A DNA stretch of 39,941 bases from Candidatus Woesearchaeota archaeon CG10_big_fil_rev_8_21_14_0_10_32_9 (GCA_002762915.1 PCYF01000029.1:1-39941); one strand, 5' to 3'. Counted from the stretch's first letter, positions 27,320 through 37,680 are shown. The notes: generated by a model not told the origin, from the sequence alone. Translations and numbers: made by a program.

Positions 27320-27586
27320 ATGCTTAAAATGAAAAGAATAGGAGAAACCTACGATATGAGAGTATTCACAGACACAGGAGAGTACTTCGGTGATGTTGAA
27401 GAAGTTATAGTAACAAATACAAAAATATTCGGCTGGAAAGTAAGAGCAACTAAGAATTCATTCTTAATAAAAGTCCTAGGCTCTGCAAAAGGCGTTATAG
27501 TTCCTCATCAATTGGTTAAGAACATAGGGGATATAATGATAATCAGCAAATCAGCAGTACCTAGTTACAACGCTGACGAAGAGTAA
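27320..27586 (+). CDS. PRC-barrel domain protein (CdpB-like, probably cell-division associated)
   Basis: MRVFTDTGEYFGDVEEV...GVIVPHQLVKNIGDIMII; TATA and GGTGGTG SD. Confidence 0.85.
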   Translation: MLKMKRIGETYDMRVFTDTGEYFGDVEEVIVTNTKIFGWKVRATKNSFLIKVLGSAKGVIVPHQLVKNIGDIMIISKSAVPSYNADEE

Positions 27587-27642
27587 TTTTTCACTTTTTT
27601 CCATTATCTTTTTAAAATCTTCTTCTTTACGGCTTCTAACAC

Positions 27643-29148
27643 ATGAAGTCAACTTCGAAAATATGGTTAATAGTAATATTTTTGCTCATTTTTGGAACAA
27701 GAATATTTCTAGCAATGCAAATACCTTCTTTAGATTATGAAGCTTACTCAGTTGTAAGACAAGTAGAAAATATAAAACACACAGGCTTACCTTTATTTGA
27801 AGATGATATCAGCTATTCTGGAAGAACACACATATTTAGTCCCGTGTATCATTATTTCTTAGCCATATTCAGTTTTATTATGCCTTTAGAATTAGTTGCA
27901 AAAATAATTCCGAATCTTTTAGCTGCACTGACTCTTGTAGTTGTATTTTTTATAGTAAAGAGTTTGACTGAAGATGAAACAATAGCACTACTAACTGCAG
28001 GAATATCGGGAATAATTCCAATTTTCTTTAATAACACAATCAATAATGCATCAGTATATTCGGCAGTAGTTCCATTGTTTTTTCTAACAATATACTATTT
28101 CATAAACACGTTAAAAGATGAAACCAATGTAATTAAATTGTTAATAACTATGATTCTTATAACTGTGATACATCCTGCTTCATTTATACTTGTGTTAAGC
28201 TTATTGTTGTATATATTGCTTGTGAAAATACAAGGATTTAGAGAAAGTAGACGTGCGACAGAATTAGTTCTTTTCTTTTTGTTCTTTGTATTTTGGGTAA
28301 ACATGATAATATACAAAAATGCATTCTTATTTCACAAAGAATCAATAATATGGCAAAACATGCCTACATTGTTATTGAGTCAATCATTTGCAGAAGTAAC
28401 TTTCTTGGAAAGCATATTGAGTATTGGCGCAATTCCTCTGATATTCGGTTTAATAAGCATTTATTTGACATTGTTTACAACAAAAAGAAAAACACTTACA
28501 TTGCTATTGAGCGTTTGTGCAGCAATTTTCCTATTAATTTGGTTACAATATTTGGACTTATTTACAGGATTAACTTTTTTGGGAGTTGCATTGTGTATAA
28601 TGTCTGCAGAAGCCTTCAAAAGACTTTACGATTCTTCCAAAATATTAAAATTAAAACATGCTTCCAAATATTTTTTAATAATAATAAGTGTGCTTGCACT
28701 AGTTGCATTTATACCAAATATAAATTACTTTTTAACAAATACTGATGTGAGGCCGTCACAAGAAGATATTCAAGCATTTGTTTGGTTGGGACAAAACATT
28801 CCAAAAAATTCAACTGTATTAGCATATCCTAATGAGGGTGGAGTAATGAGTTTTTTCTCACAAAGAAAAAATGTTATAGATGAGGATTTCTTGCTTATTC
28901 CGAATATAAATACAAGATATAAAGATACAACCGATATCTATAAGCAAAGATTCTTAACAAGCGCACTTGAAACTCTAAATTACTATGGTGTCGATTATAT
29001 CATTTTGACAACTCAGATTCAAAATAGATTAAATCTTACTGACTTAATGTTTGTTGATCAAACTTGTTTCACAAAGCTTTATCCTAAAAATAATCAAACT
29101 CAAGAACCAATAATTTACAAAGTAAATTGTGTGTTGAACTCGGTATAA
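27643..29148 (+). CDS. Polytopic membrane protein, GT-C/STT3-like glycosyltransferase architecture
   Basis: Many TMs, first loop DYEAY...PVYHY, C-terminal soluble domain AFVWLGQNIPKNSTVLA...YGVDYII. Confidence 0.65.
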   Translation: MKSTSKIWLIVIFLLIFGTRIFLAMQIPSLDYEAYSVVRQVENIKHTGLPLFEDDISYSGRTHIFSPVYHYFLAIFSFIMPLELVAKIIPNLLAALTLVVVFFIVKSLTEDETIALLTAGISGIIPIFFNNTINNASVYSAVVPLFFLTIYYFINTLKDETNVIKLLITMILITVIHPASFILVLSLLLYILLVKIQGFRESRRATELVLFFLFFVFWVNMIIYKNAFLFHKESIIWQNMPTLLLSQSFAEVTFLESILSIGAIPLIFGLISIYLTLFTTKRKTLTLLLSVCAAIFLLIWLQYLDLFTGLTFLGVALCIMSAEAFKRLYDSSKILKLKHASKYFLIIISVLALVAFIPNINYFLTNTDVRPSQEDIQAFVWLGQNIPKNSTVLAYPNEGGVMSFFSQRKNVIDEDFLLIPNINTRYKDTTDIYKQRFLTSALETLNYYGVDYIILTTQIQNRLNLTDLMFVDQTCFTKLYPKNNQTQEPIIYKVNCVLNSV

Positions 29149-29150
29149 AC

Positions 29151-30572
29151 ATGAAAAAAACTCAAACTAAAAATAAGTATAATTTGTTACTCATTTTAGT
29201 AATATTAGTTCTGATAAGTGTTCCAATTCTAATTAAAACAACTACTTCACAGAAGACTTATCTCTCAGAAGAAACTTATTACCATGAGCGAATCATTCAA
29301 CAAATAAGAGACACAGGAAAATTAACCACGGATCTTGTACAAGAACAACGAATTCCTACAAACTTATTTTATGTTCTATTTGCGTATACATATATTCCTA
29401 CAAATATTCTAATAGTTATAATTCCAATAATTTTTGCAGCATTATCTCTTTTTATGCTCTTTAAAATATTAAAGGAATTGAAAATCAATGAAGAAGTTAT
29501 AAGATATGGGGTGATTGTTGCGGTAATTTCACCAGCAATATTGTATGTCTTTACTGTGTTTTCTCCAAAAGATCTCATTTATTTTTTGATATTAACAACA
29601 ATATTCTTAGCGCTAAAAAATAATAAACTTACTGTTCTTACTCTAATATTATTGACCTGGTCAAATGCTATAATAGGAGGAATAACTCTTTTATTACTAG
29701 TTGTGGGGGCTCTGTTAAATTATATGAAAGATAGAAAACAAATGTATAGCAACATAGTTGCATACGTTTTAACATTAATCTTATTATTTGTATTTTCTAG
29801 AGTAAATTTAATTCTAGATTTTACTCCAACGATACTAGGGTTTGGAGAACTATTCAGTGAATTCGGTTCGTTGCAAGGATACACAATAATGATTCTAGGT
29901 TTAGCAATAATCGGAATAGCTTCTTGGTGGATAAAAACTACAGAGAGAACGACAATGATCCTAACAATAAGCGCATTATTTGTTATATCCATCATATATC
30001 CGACTATTAAACTTATGACTTTGACTTTGTTTGCAATATATGCTGGATTTGCAATTGATTATTTAATAACAAGAGTATGGAGATTAGAAATTCTAAAAAA
30101 TATAACTTTATTGCTCATAATATGTAGTTTAATATTTTCAATGGTTGTATTTAATACTACAATTCTAAAAACTGTTAGTTATGATAAAGTTATTGGTGCA
30201 GCACAATTAACTGCGACAGATAAGGGAGACATTATTTTAAGTTCGGAAAAAAACGGATTCATTATACAAAATCTTGCGGGCAGAAAAACATATCTTGATG
30301 GGGTATCATATAAATATAATGAATACTCAAACAAAAGCACTTTATCTGAGCAGATTTATTATTCAAAAAATCTAGAGACTCTTGAAAAAGATTTACAAAA
30401 CAACTCAATAAGATATATATTTATTGATTCAGAAATGAAACAAAATATTTGGAATAATAAAGAAGAAGGATTAATGTTCTTTCTCATTAATGCAAAAGAG
30501 TTCGTAAAAGTGTATGAAAATAATGAAATAGAGATATATAGATATTTAGGCGAGATTCATAATGAAAATTAA
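29151..30572 (+). CDS. Polytopic membrane protein, GT-C-like paralogue of the upstream gene
   Basis: EETYYHERII loop; C-terminal LQNNSIRYIFID...FVKVYENNEIEIY; ATG 29151 preferred (2 nt after upstream stop). Confidence 0.65.
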   Translation: MKKTQTKNKYNLLLILVILVLISVPILIKTTTSQKTYLSEETYYHERIIQQIRDTGKLTTDLVQEQRIPTNLFYVLFAYTYIPTNILIVIIPIIFAALSLFMLFKILKELKINEEVIRYGVIVAVISPAILYVFTVFSPKDLIYFLILTTIFLALKNNKLTVLTLILLTWSNAIIGGITLLLLVVGALLNYMKDRKQMYSNIVAYVLTLILLFVFSRVNLILDFTPTILGFGELFSEFGSLQGYTIMILGLAIIGIASWWIKTTERTTMILTISALFVISIIYPTIKLMTLTLFAIYAGFAIDYLITRVWRLEILKNITLLLIICSLIFSMVVFNTTILKTVSYDKVIGAAQLTATDKGDIILSSEKNGFIIQNLAGRKTYLDGVSYKYNEYSNKSTLSEQIYYSKNLETLEKDLQNNSIRYIFIDSEMKQNIWNNKEEGLMFFLINAKEFVKVYENNEIEIYRYLGEIHNEN

Positions 30573-30601
30573 CGTGAATATAGCGTTAGAGTATAAATAA
30601 A

Positions 30602-31870
30602 ATGTTGGGACCGATAGAAATAATACAAAGTGTAATATATTTTGTTTCATTGTATTATGTAGTTTTCTGGTTACTGGTTTTATTTGATGCCCCTGAAAAA
30701 GATGAAAAAAGAAAAAACAAAGAATGGCCTGAAATAAGTATCTTGGTTCCGGCTTATAATGAGGAAAGAAATATAGTTGCCACATTGAAAGCAACGCATG
30801 ATTTGGATTATCCAAGAGATAAAGTAAAATTATTTTTTATAGACGATGGTTCTAGTGACAAAACTCTTGAAAAAGGAACAAAATATCTGAATACATTAAT
30901 AGAAAAAAAAGAATATTCTGATATAAGAATAATAACTCAAAAAAATGGCGGAAAATATTCTGCATTAAATAATGCGTTGAAATACGTTGATACTGAACTC
31001 TTTGCAACATTAGATGCTGATTCTATGCCTGAAACTGATGCTTTAAAAAAAATTGTTGAAAAATTTGATGATCCCGAGATTGGCGCAGTTTCTCCGGTGC
31101 TGAAAGTATACAATCCTAAAAATTATTTACAAAAAATACAATGGTTTGAATATGCTGTAAATCATTTCTATAAGAGCATTATTTGCAAATTAAATGCAAT
31201 ACATGTTACTCCAGGACCATTATCAACATACAGAACAAAAGTTGTTAGACGAATTGGTTACTTCAGAGAAGCACATAAAACTGAAGATATGGAGATGGCG
31301 ATGAGAATACAAAAGGCGCATTATAGGATAATACAAGCGAATGATGCATTTGTTTATACAAAAGCACCAAACACAATAAAAGCACTATACAAACAAAGAC
31401 ATAGATGGAATTTAGGCACCTTCAAGAATCTAATAGATTATAGAAAAATGATGTTTAACAGAAAATATGGAGATTTCGGTTTATTCCAACTTCCGGTAAT
31501 ACTTATATCAGGATTATTAGGGGTTGTTGTAATATCTTTAGTTGTAAATGAGCTGTGGAAATCACTTAGACACACTTATAATATGTTGAAATTATTCAAT
31601 TTTAATATTTTAGACTATATGCGTACTCTGAAGTTTGATATAATGTTATACGATGTTGATTTAAGAACTACTGCAACATTTGTAATATTTTTAGCATTAA
31701 GCATACTTGTAATTTGGTTATCTTTGAAAGTATATAGAGAAAGATTCTTGATAAAAAGGATTATTTCTTTTGTATTGTATTTCTTCTTGTACTATTTATT
31801 TTTAGGAATAGTTTGGCTAGGAGTATTCAAAGATGTCATGCTTGGGAGAGGAAGCGACTGGAAAAAATAA
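30602..31870 (+). CDS. GT2 processive glycosyltransferase (cellulose synthase/PgaC-like)
   Basis: PAYNEE, DDGSSD, DAD, TED and QRHRW (QxxRW) motifs with flanking TMs. Confidence 0.92.
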   Translation: MLGPIEIIQSVIYFVSLYYVVFWLLVLFDAPEKDEKRKNKEWPEISILVPAYNEERNIVATLKATHDLDYPRDKVKLFFIDDGSSDKTLEKGTKYLNTLIEKKEYSDIRIITQKNGGKYSALNNALKYVDTELFATLDADSMPETDALKKIVEKFDDPEIGAVSPVLKVYNPKNYLQKIQWFEYAVNHFYKSIICKLNAIHVTPGPLSTYRTKVVRRIGYFREAHKTEDMEMAMRIQKAHYRIIQANDAFVYTKAPNTIKALYKQRHRWNLGTFKNLIDYRKMMFNRKYGDFGLFQLPVILISGLLGVVVISLVVNELWKSLRHTYNMLKLFNFNILDYMRTLKFDIMLYDVDLRTTATFVIFLALSILVIWLSLKVYRERFLIKRIISFVLYFFLYYLFLGIVWLGVFKDVMLGRGSDWKK

Positions 31871-31905
31871 GAAACCTTATAAATTAAAAAACGGTACTAA
31901 TAAAA

Positions 31906-32610
31906 ATGAGAAAGTTTGAGAAAAGAAAATATGTTATAGCTTTTATAATTACTTTAGCAATATTTTTACTAGGATTCTTTTTAGGATTTGTAATGGACTT
32001 ACAAAGAGTGAATTACTTTCAAGAAATAACCGATAAACAAAAATTGGACTTAACCAGTTTGCAATTACAATATGAATTGGCTCAAGAAGAACCATTCTCA
32101 GAAAGTTGTGGCGCATTTGAAGTTTTATTTCAAAGATTTATGATCGATTTGGAAGACAATAGAATAAGAATAGATAATTATTATGAACAGGCCGATGTGA
32201 AGAAAGAAGATTTTCAAAATCTAAAAAGAGAGTATATGATATCTCAGATTAAGTTTTGGCAAATATCAAGAAACTTAAAAAAATTCTGTCCACAAAATTA
32301 TGACTTCGTGACTGTAATTTATTTCTACTCGGACGATTCATCTTGTGCAGATTGCTCTTCACAAGCAAATGTATTAGATTATTATAAACGAGTTCTAAAA
32401 GATAACATATTGATATTTTCTATTGATGAAACTTTTAAGGATAGAGAACCAATCATAGAGTTGTTCAAAGCAACATATAATATTACACAATATCCCACTT
32501 TAATAATTAATGACAAAGCATACAGTCCTCTAATGGACAAAACTCAATTAAAAGAAATACTTTGCCGAGAATATTCATCCCCTGATGTAAAACAACAACT
32601 GTGTGAATAG
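31906..32610 (+). CDS. Membrane-anchored protein with C-terminal thioredoxin-like fold
   Basis: N-terminal TM; YFYSDDSSCADC (CxxC) and YNITQYPTLIIN cis-Pro-type motif. Confidence 0.7.
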   Translation: MRKFEKRKYVIAFIITLAIFLLGFFLGFVMDLQRVNYFQEITDKQKLDLTSLQLQYELAQEEPFSESCGAFEVLFQRFMIDLEDNRIRIDNYYEQADVKKEDFQNLKREYMISQIKFWQISRNLKKFCPQNYDFVTVIYFYSDDSSCADCSSQANVLDYYKRVLKDNILIFSIDETFKDREPIIELFKATYNITQYPTLIINDKAYSPLMDKTQLKEILCREYSSPDVKQQLCE

Positions 32611-32628
32611 TTTTATTCTAGTTTATAC

Positions 32629-34050
32629 TTATTTGTATGAGTAAATGTATATTGTGTATATGTTTTTTAAGAAAGTAAATCTTTCATTTTCTTCCAACCA
32701 TTCTAATGGCGGCTCTTCCGATCGCTCTTTGTAATAAATAAATAGGCCCGGGTCTGTCATGTAATTTTCGTAAAAAGTGTAAAAATCAGAATTTCTAGCA
32801 TATATTGGAGAAACTTTTAATCCTGTGTAGTATGCGAGGACTGGAAATTCGCTGTTGCTGTAAATTAAATTAGCGGTGTTGTTAGAAGATTTAATGAATT
32901 CAGCAATAGTTATTTCTAGCGTAGGATGTGTGTTAATTAAAGGTTGATTTATCCTGACAAAAGATGCTTGAAAAGAATATATTGAAATTAATAAAATTAA
33001 AACTACAAGTGAATATTTTCCAAACTGTTTGAAAAATACATTTCTTTTATTTATGTGTCTATGTTGTTTATTTTTTGAAGAAAATAGGTTTCTTAACAAA
33101 TTTCTTAGTTCATAACTTGTCAGAATAATTAAAGGAGGCAACAGAGGAAGCATGTATCTTACCTCTTTGTGCGGAGTCAAAGTTATGTAGAGTAAATATA
33201 TAAAAAACCAAACGATTAGAAATTTCTCAATTAATGAGTATTTGGGTTTTTTGAAACTCTTGTAGATTATTAAAAGTAACCCTGCGATTAATAGAGGAGG
33301 AAAATAAGTGAATAATGATATAAAATAAAAAAAGAAAGGTTCATTGTAATCAGAAACTACAACATTTGCACGAATGATTGTGAATAGAAAAAAATTGTAT
33401 TTAACCTGGACCCAAATCAAATAAGGTGCAAGCACCGCCAGAATGTAAACTCCCCAAATAAGAAGTCTCTCTTTAATAAACTTAAAAGTCCTATTGTTCA
33501 TTAAAGCATATAAAACAAAAATCCCTGCAATAATAATTGAAGTAAATCTCATTAAAATTGCTAATCCTATGAACAACGCGGAGAGAAATAAATTGTAATT
33601 ATTTCTGAAATCAGATTTAATAAAAAAATATATTCCTCCAATTAAAAGACTTAGGGCTGGAGCCTCAGTCATAATCCAATGACCTGATTCAACAAGAACG
33701 GGGGAAAAACTGTATATTGCTGCTGCAATTAATGCAACATCTTCATCATAAATACGCTTACTTAGTAAATATATGAAAAAAATTCCAAGACTTCCTAAAA
33801 GTGCAGTTAAAATTCCTGCAGAAAAAGTATTATGATAAAAAATAAACATGCCTGCAATTAATAAAGATAGCAAAGGAGGTCTTATTTGGAATTCATCATA
33901 ATTAGAACTACCTGAGAAGATTACTTCTGCATTTTGCAAATAAGAAGTTTCATCCCACCAGTGTGCAACTTGAATAGGCCAAAGTCTCAGAATAATTCCT
34001 AGTAAAATAATAAGTACTAACAATAAAATCGTGTAATTGCGCGAGTTCAT
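32629..34050 (-). CDS. GT39/PMT_2 (ArnT-like) membrane glycosyltransferase
   Basis: WWDETSY, RPPL, first-loop acidic motif, many TMs, KEVRYMLPLLP. Confidence 0.85.
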   Translation of the reverse strand: MNSRNYTILLLVLIILLGIILRLWPIQVAHWWDETSYLQNAEVIFSGSSNYDEFQIRPPLLSLLIAGMFIFYHNTFSAGILTALLGSLGIFFIYLLSKRIYDEDVALIAAAIYSFSPVLVESGHWIMTEAPALSLLIGGIYFFIKSDFRNNYNLFLSALFIGLAILMRFTSIIIAGIFVLYALMNNRTFKFIKERLLIWGVYILAVLAPYLIWVQVKYNFFLFTIIRANVVVSDYNEPFFFYFISLFTYFPPLLIAGLLLIIYKSFKKPKYSLIEKFLIVWFFIYLLYITLTPHKEVRYMLPLLPPLIILTSYELRNLLRNLFSSKNKQHRHINKRNVFFKQFGKYSLVVLILLISIYSFQASFVRINQPLINTHPTLEITIAEFIKSSNNTANLIYSNSEFPVLAYYTGLKVSPIYARNSDFYTFYENYMTDPGLFIYYKERSEEPPLEWLEENERFTFLKNIYTIYIYSYK

Positions 34051-34511
34051 TTTTTCTTGAATTTTATTAAATCTCCAATTGTTAAAGGTCCGCGAGTAGT
34101 TTCAGTAGAAGATTCAGCAATAACAGGCTCTCTGTAAACTTCAATTAATTTTATTTTGAGTTGTTTTTCTATTTTTTCAGCTAGAACTATGCTAGGCTCC
34201 AGTTTTCCAGATTCAAGATGTTGAATGGCAGATTCCTTCTCTTGAAGAAGCTTAGCAAATTCATCTTGCTTGAGACCTCTTTTTTCTCTTGACTTTTTAA
34301 TCAAAGAAGCATAATTACTAACAATAATATTAACAGGTTTGGATTCTTCCTCCTTTTTTTTAGTCTCAACATACTTGGAAACATACTTCTCTTCGGCATG
34401 TTTTCTAAGAACTGTTCCAAATTTAGTACAAGATGTACAAACCACTAAAACACTACCTTCTACGTCTGCGTCAAATAATTGTCCTTCTCTACCACACATG
34501 TCACAATTCAA
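34047..34511 (-). CDS. mbf1: Archaeal multiprotein bridging factor aMBF1 (Zn ribbon + HTH)
   Basis: CDMCG...VCTSCTKFG; REKRGLKQDEFA HTH; C-terminal LTIGD; TTG start. Confidence 0.9.
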   Translation of the reverse strand: MNCDMCGREGQLFDADVEGSVLVVCTSCTKFGTVLRKHAEEKYVSKYVETKKKEEESKPVNIIVSNYASLIKKSREKRGLKQDEFAKLLQEKESAIQHLESGKLEPSIVLAEKIEKQLKIKLIEVYREPVIAESSTETTRGPLTIGDLIKFKKK

Positions 34512-34538
34512 GTAAATCCCCTCCGTAATGCTATTCTA

Positions 34539-35708
34539 TTACTTTTTACTTGGGTTATTTAACTTTTTTGCTTGTTTCCTTTCAAATAGACAGAAATAGA
34601 AATTTTGTTTACCTTGCCAAACTTCACTTTTCTTAGTTAGACTAAAACCAAATCCTTCACTAAGTTCCACAAAAAAATCAGGATTTCTAAAAATAAATGC
34701 CATTCGTCCTTTTTTATTAAGAATTTCATCAGTATTTCTCAACAAATGAGTATATACGGATTTACAAACGTGATCAGGCACACTTTTTGAAGGCTCGATT
34801 ATTTTCGACGCAATTAAATCAACATCTTTCTCAAAAAACTTCAAATCAAGATCTTCAACGTTTTTTCTTGAAAATGAGATAAATTTCTCAACACCACCTA
34901 TCTTAGCATTCTTTTTTTGAGCAGAAGTATTATTAAAAGAAGAATCTGAACTGAAAATAGTTGGAGAAGAGGTGGTTATTGCTTTGGAGTCAAGTTTTTT
35001 TAGAATATCAGAAAAATCTTTTTCAAATATGTCTTTAGAAAATGCAAAATTCTTTGTGTAATAATTTAAAGGAAGACTAGATGTGAAATTTGCCGCCTCA
35101 ATACAAATAGTTCCTGCTAGAGAGAAAGGATCTAATAAAACATCTTTCTTTGTGTAATCTGCAAATAACAGAAGATCAAACGCCAAAGTTCCCTTTATGT
35201 TGTTTGGATTATTAAATAAAAGATACTGTCTTTTGCTTAAATCTCTGCCGCCAAAGTCAATTCCGAAAATAAACGACTCATCTAACACTTGAATAAAAAA
35301 AGAGGCATCAGGATTTGCAAGATTTACTTCAGCGTTAGTTTTATCTTTCAATAATCTGCTTAATTCTTGCTCAACGTTCACGCTATTAAACTCGTGTTCT
35401 CCTATTCTTTCACATTCAACTCTAAATGAAGAGAATTTAATAAAATCTAATGAAAAATTTTCTAAGTCTGAGAACACTTTTTCTAGTAATGTTTCAAATT
35501 CTTCGAAACTACCTGATGAAATCTTGAGTAGAACACGTTTGATGCTTTGGGCCGAATAACAAATTTCTACAGCTTTTTCCAATTCTGCTTTAAATGTCAC
35601 AAATCCTTTTTCGATTTTGGACTTGGTTGAAAATCTAGCGCTTAGTTCCTTTGAAGAAAACTCTTCACAACCTCTTTCTTGAGTTATGCAAAATTCATAA
35701 TTAACCAT
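34539..35708 (-). CDS. THUMP-domain RNA methyltransferase homologue (Trm14/RlmL-like), motifs degenerate
   Basis: SFRVECERIGEHEFNS, VNLANPD, GIDFGGRDLSKRQY, LLDPFSLAGTICIEAA. Confidence 0.8.
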   Translation of the reverse strand: MVNYEFCITQERGCEEFSSKELSARFSTKSKIEKGFVTFKAELEKAVEICYSAQSIKRVLLKISSGSFEEFETLLEKVFSDLENFSLDFIKFSSFRVECERIGEHEFNSVNVEQELSRLLKDKTNAEVNLANPDASFFIQVLDESFIFGIDFGGRDLSKRQYLLFNNPNNIKGTLAFDLLLFADYTKKDVLLDPFSLAGTICIEAANFTSSLPLNYYTKNFAFSKDIFEKDFSDILKKLDSKAITTSSPTIFSSDSSFNNTSAQKKNAKIGGVEKFISFSRKNVEDLDLKFFEKDVDLIASKIIEPSKSVPDHVCKSVYTHLLRNTDEILNKKGRMAFIFRNPDFFVELSEGFGFSLTKKSEVWQGKQNFYFCLFERKQAKKLNNPSKK

Positions 35709-35820
35709 ACTTGAAGAAAACAGCCATTATTTATAAGATTGATTGAAGAAACTAGCCAAAAAATTTAAATACTCAATTCAATAAAAAGTTCATATAAATC
35801 ACATTTAAAGAAGAGGTGTT

Positions 35821-36084
35821 ATGAAAATGGGATTGGAAACGGTAATACTTGCAATAATAATAGGAACATTATTCGCAATAGTCTACAGCTTAAGAGTTCT
35901 AGTATTAATGGAAAGAAGAATAGCAAGAATAGATGTTCACATCGAAGCTCTAGTTCACAGAGTAATTTCTGAGGAACATAGAATAGAAACAGAAGAAAAA
36001 GATATAGAAAGAATGTTTTCTTCAAGAAAAAAAGCTACAAAAACAGTAGCAAAGAAAAAAGCAAGAAAAGTTAAAAGAAAATAA
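35821..36084 (+). CDS. Small membrane protein with coiled coil and Lys/Arg-rich tail
   Basis: SD GAGGTG; TM VILAIIIGTLFAIVYSL; tail KKATKTVAKKKARKVKRK. Confidence 0.75.
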   Translation: MKMGLETVILAIIIGTLFAIVYSLRVLVLMERRIARIDVHIEALVHRVISEEHRIETEEKDIERMFSSRKKATKTVAKKKARKVKRK

Positions 36085-36120
36085 GTACTTTTTTATACTA
36101 TTTCTTTTCACTATTTTTTT

Positions 36121-36729
36121 ATGATTCTTAATACTTCTTTAATGCATGGCGCACAGTATCACTTTAGATTGCATAAAGAGAAGCTTACTGATCTGTGTTC
36201 TGATGGATTTCAGCAATTAGAGGATTATCTTTTGGTTGTTATGAAAAATTGTCCTTCAATATATTTTCAAGAAGGGCCGAGAAGTTCAGTTCTAAAATTT
36301 TCAGTTGGTGAAGATTTGGAAGAATTAGAACACGAAGTTAGTTTACTTGCAAGAATGGGACTAGAAAGCAATTACTATGATAATGCGCACATGAACGTGC
36401 AAATGTTTATGCTTTCTTATGACAATAAAACAATTGGAATAGAAATTCCTATATGGTTGCACAAAGAAGAATTCGCGAATTTTGAAAATTTGTTGAAATC
36501 TGAATTGCCATTATCCGGACACATAGATCTTGTGCGAATAGAGAATGGAAAAATTTGGATCTGGGATTACAAACCAAATGCGCATAGAGAAAAACATGCT
36601 GCAACACAAACATATTTCTATGCAATAATGCTCTCAAAAAGAACAGGAATACCTCTAGAAAATTTTAGATGCGGATACTTTGACGATAAACATAGCTATG
36701 TTTTTGATCCGAATGCAATTAAAATATGA
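36121..36729 (+). CDS. PD-(D/E)XK nuclease superfamily protein
   Basis: IEIPI...GHIDLV...IWDYKP...QTYFYA (RecB-like D, DYK and QxxxY motifs); start uncertain. Confidence 0.8.
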   Translation: MILNTSLMHGAQYHFRLHKEKLTDLCSDGFQQLEDYLLVVMKNCPSIYFQEGPRSSVLKFSVGEDLEELEHEVSLLARMGLESNYYDNAHMNVQMFMLSYDNKTIGIEIPIWLHKEEFANFENLLKSELPLSGHIDLVRIENGKIWIWDYKPNAHREKHAATQTYFYAIMLSKRTGIPLENFRCGYFDDKHSYVFDPNAIKI

Positions 36730-36730
36730 T

Positions 36731-37609
36731 TCATTTTTTATAAGTTATATCTCGTCTAATTAGAGCGCCTGATGTTAAATGCTCAGGTTTTGTGATTTTT
36801 ATGTCAAAAGGATAGTATGAATTTACATGTATGTCTTTTGCACTATACTCGTCTGTTGCTGCGAAAACTGTTCTGTTTGGGCCGGCCCACTTTTTAATGC
36901 TGTCTGCAAAAGAATATTTTCCGCCACTACAGGCATCTAGAAATATTGTTGCGTTAGGGTTTAATAATTCTAGATATTTTTTAGTTTCTGAGTTTTTTTG
37001 TGATAAATATATTTCATCTAATTCTGTGTCTATTTTTTTCTTAAGTTGATTTATTTTTGCATTACGTATTGAATCTTCCCTAAATCCTTCTTTTCTAATT
37101 ATCGGATCATTATTGAGGATCTTTTCTAAATTTTTGTTGAAACTATAATTTGTGAATATATCATTTAATTCAGAAAATTGTTTTAGTGGAAATGTTCCAA
37201 ATGTGGCGCTAAATCCGTCTCCATGCCCTCCTATGCCTAATAAATCTATATTGGGAGTATTTAATATGGCATCATAAAGTTCACGTCTTCTACTGATTAT
37301 TTTTATTTTTGTATCATAATTCTTTTTTAGATTATTGTAGAATTCAATTGATTCTTTGGAAGTATATGCTCCAAGGTCATCTTCTTTAGGAATAAGATAT
37401 AAAGCGTTAGGTTTATCTGTATCAACAAAGTCATCCGCGTATTTTTTTATGATGTTGATTTTTGCTTCAGTTGTCATCTGAACCGTTTCTTTTTTTCTAA
37501 TTGAATCTTTTAGTGGTTCATCTATTTTTTTGCAACTTGTAACGCCTAGAGTGAAGCCTATGCTTGACGCAACAATAAGTGTTGAGTAGAGTATTTTTTT
37601 AAGATTCAT
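36731..37609 (-). CDS. Exported protein/lipoprotein with caspase-fold (clan CD-like) His-Cys dyad
   Basis: Signal GFTLGVTS|CKK; LLGIGGHG and IFLDACSGG motifs. Confidence 0.6.
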   Translation of the reverse strand: MNLKKILYSTLIVASSIGFTLGVTSCKKIDEPLKDSIRKKETVQMTTEAKINIIKKYADDFVDTDKPNALYLIPKEDDLGAYTSKESIEFYNNLKKNYDTKIKIISRRRELYDAILNTPNIDLLGIGGHGDGFSATFGTFPLKQFSELNDIFTNYSFNKNLEKILNNDPIIRKEGFREDSIRNAKINQLKKKIDTELDEIYLSQKNSETKKYLELLNPNATIFLDACSGGKYSFADSIKKWAGPNRTVFAATDEYSAKDIHVNSYYPFDIKITKPEHLTSGALIRRDITYKK

Positions 37610-37680
37610 AAGGTGTATGTTGAAGATTTAGTATTTAAATGTTTCGAATTATTACTACTCGGCAGTACTAAATTTAAGAT

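Noticed and set aside
36121-36729. Cas4
   Set aside because: Lacks the four-Cys Fe-S arrangement (no C-terminal CxxC-x5-C) and has no CRISPR context.
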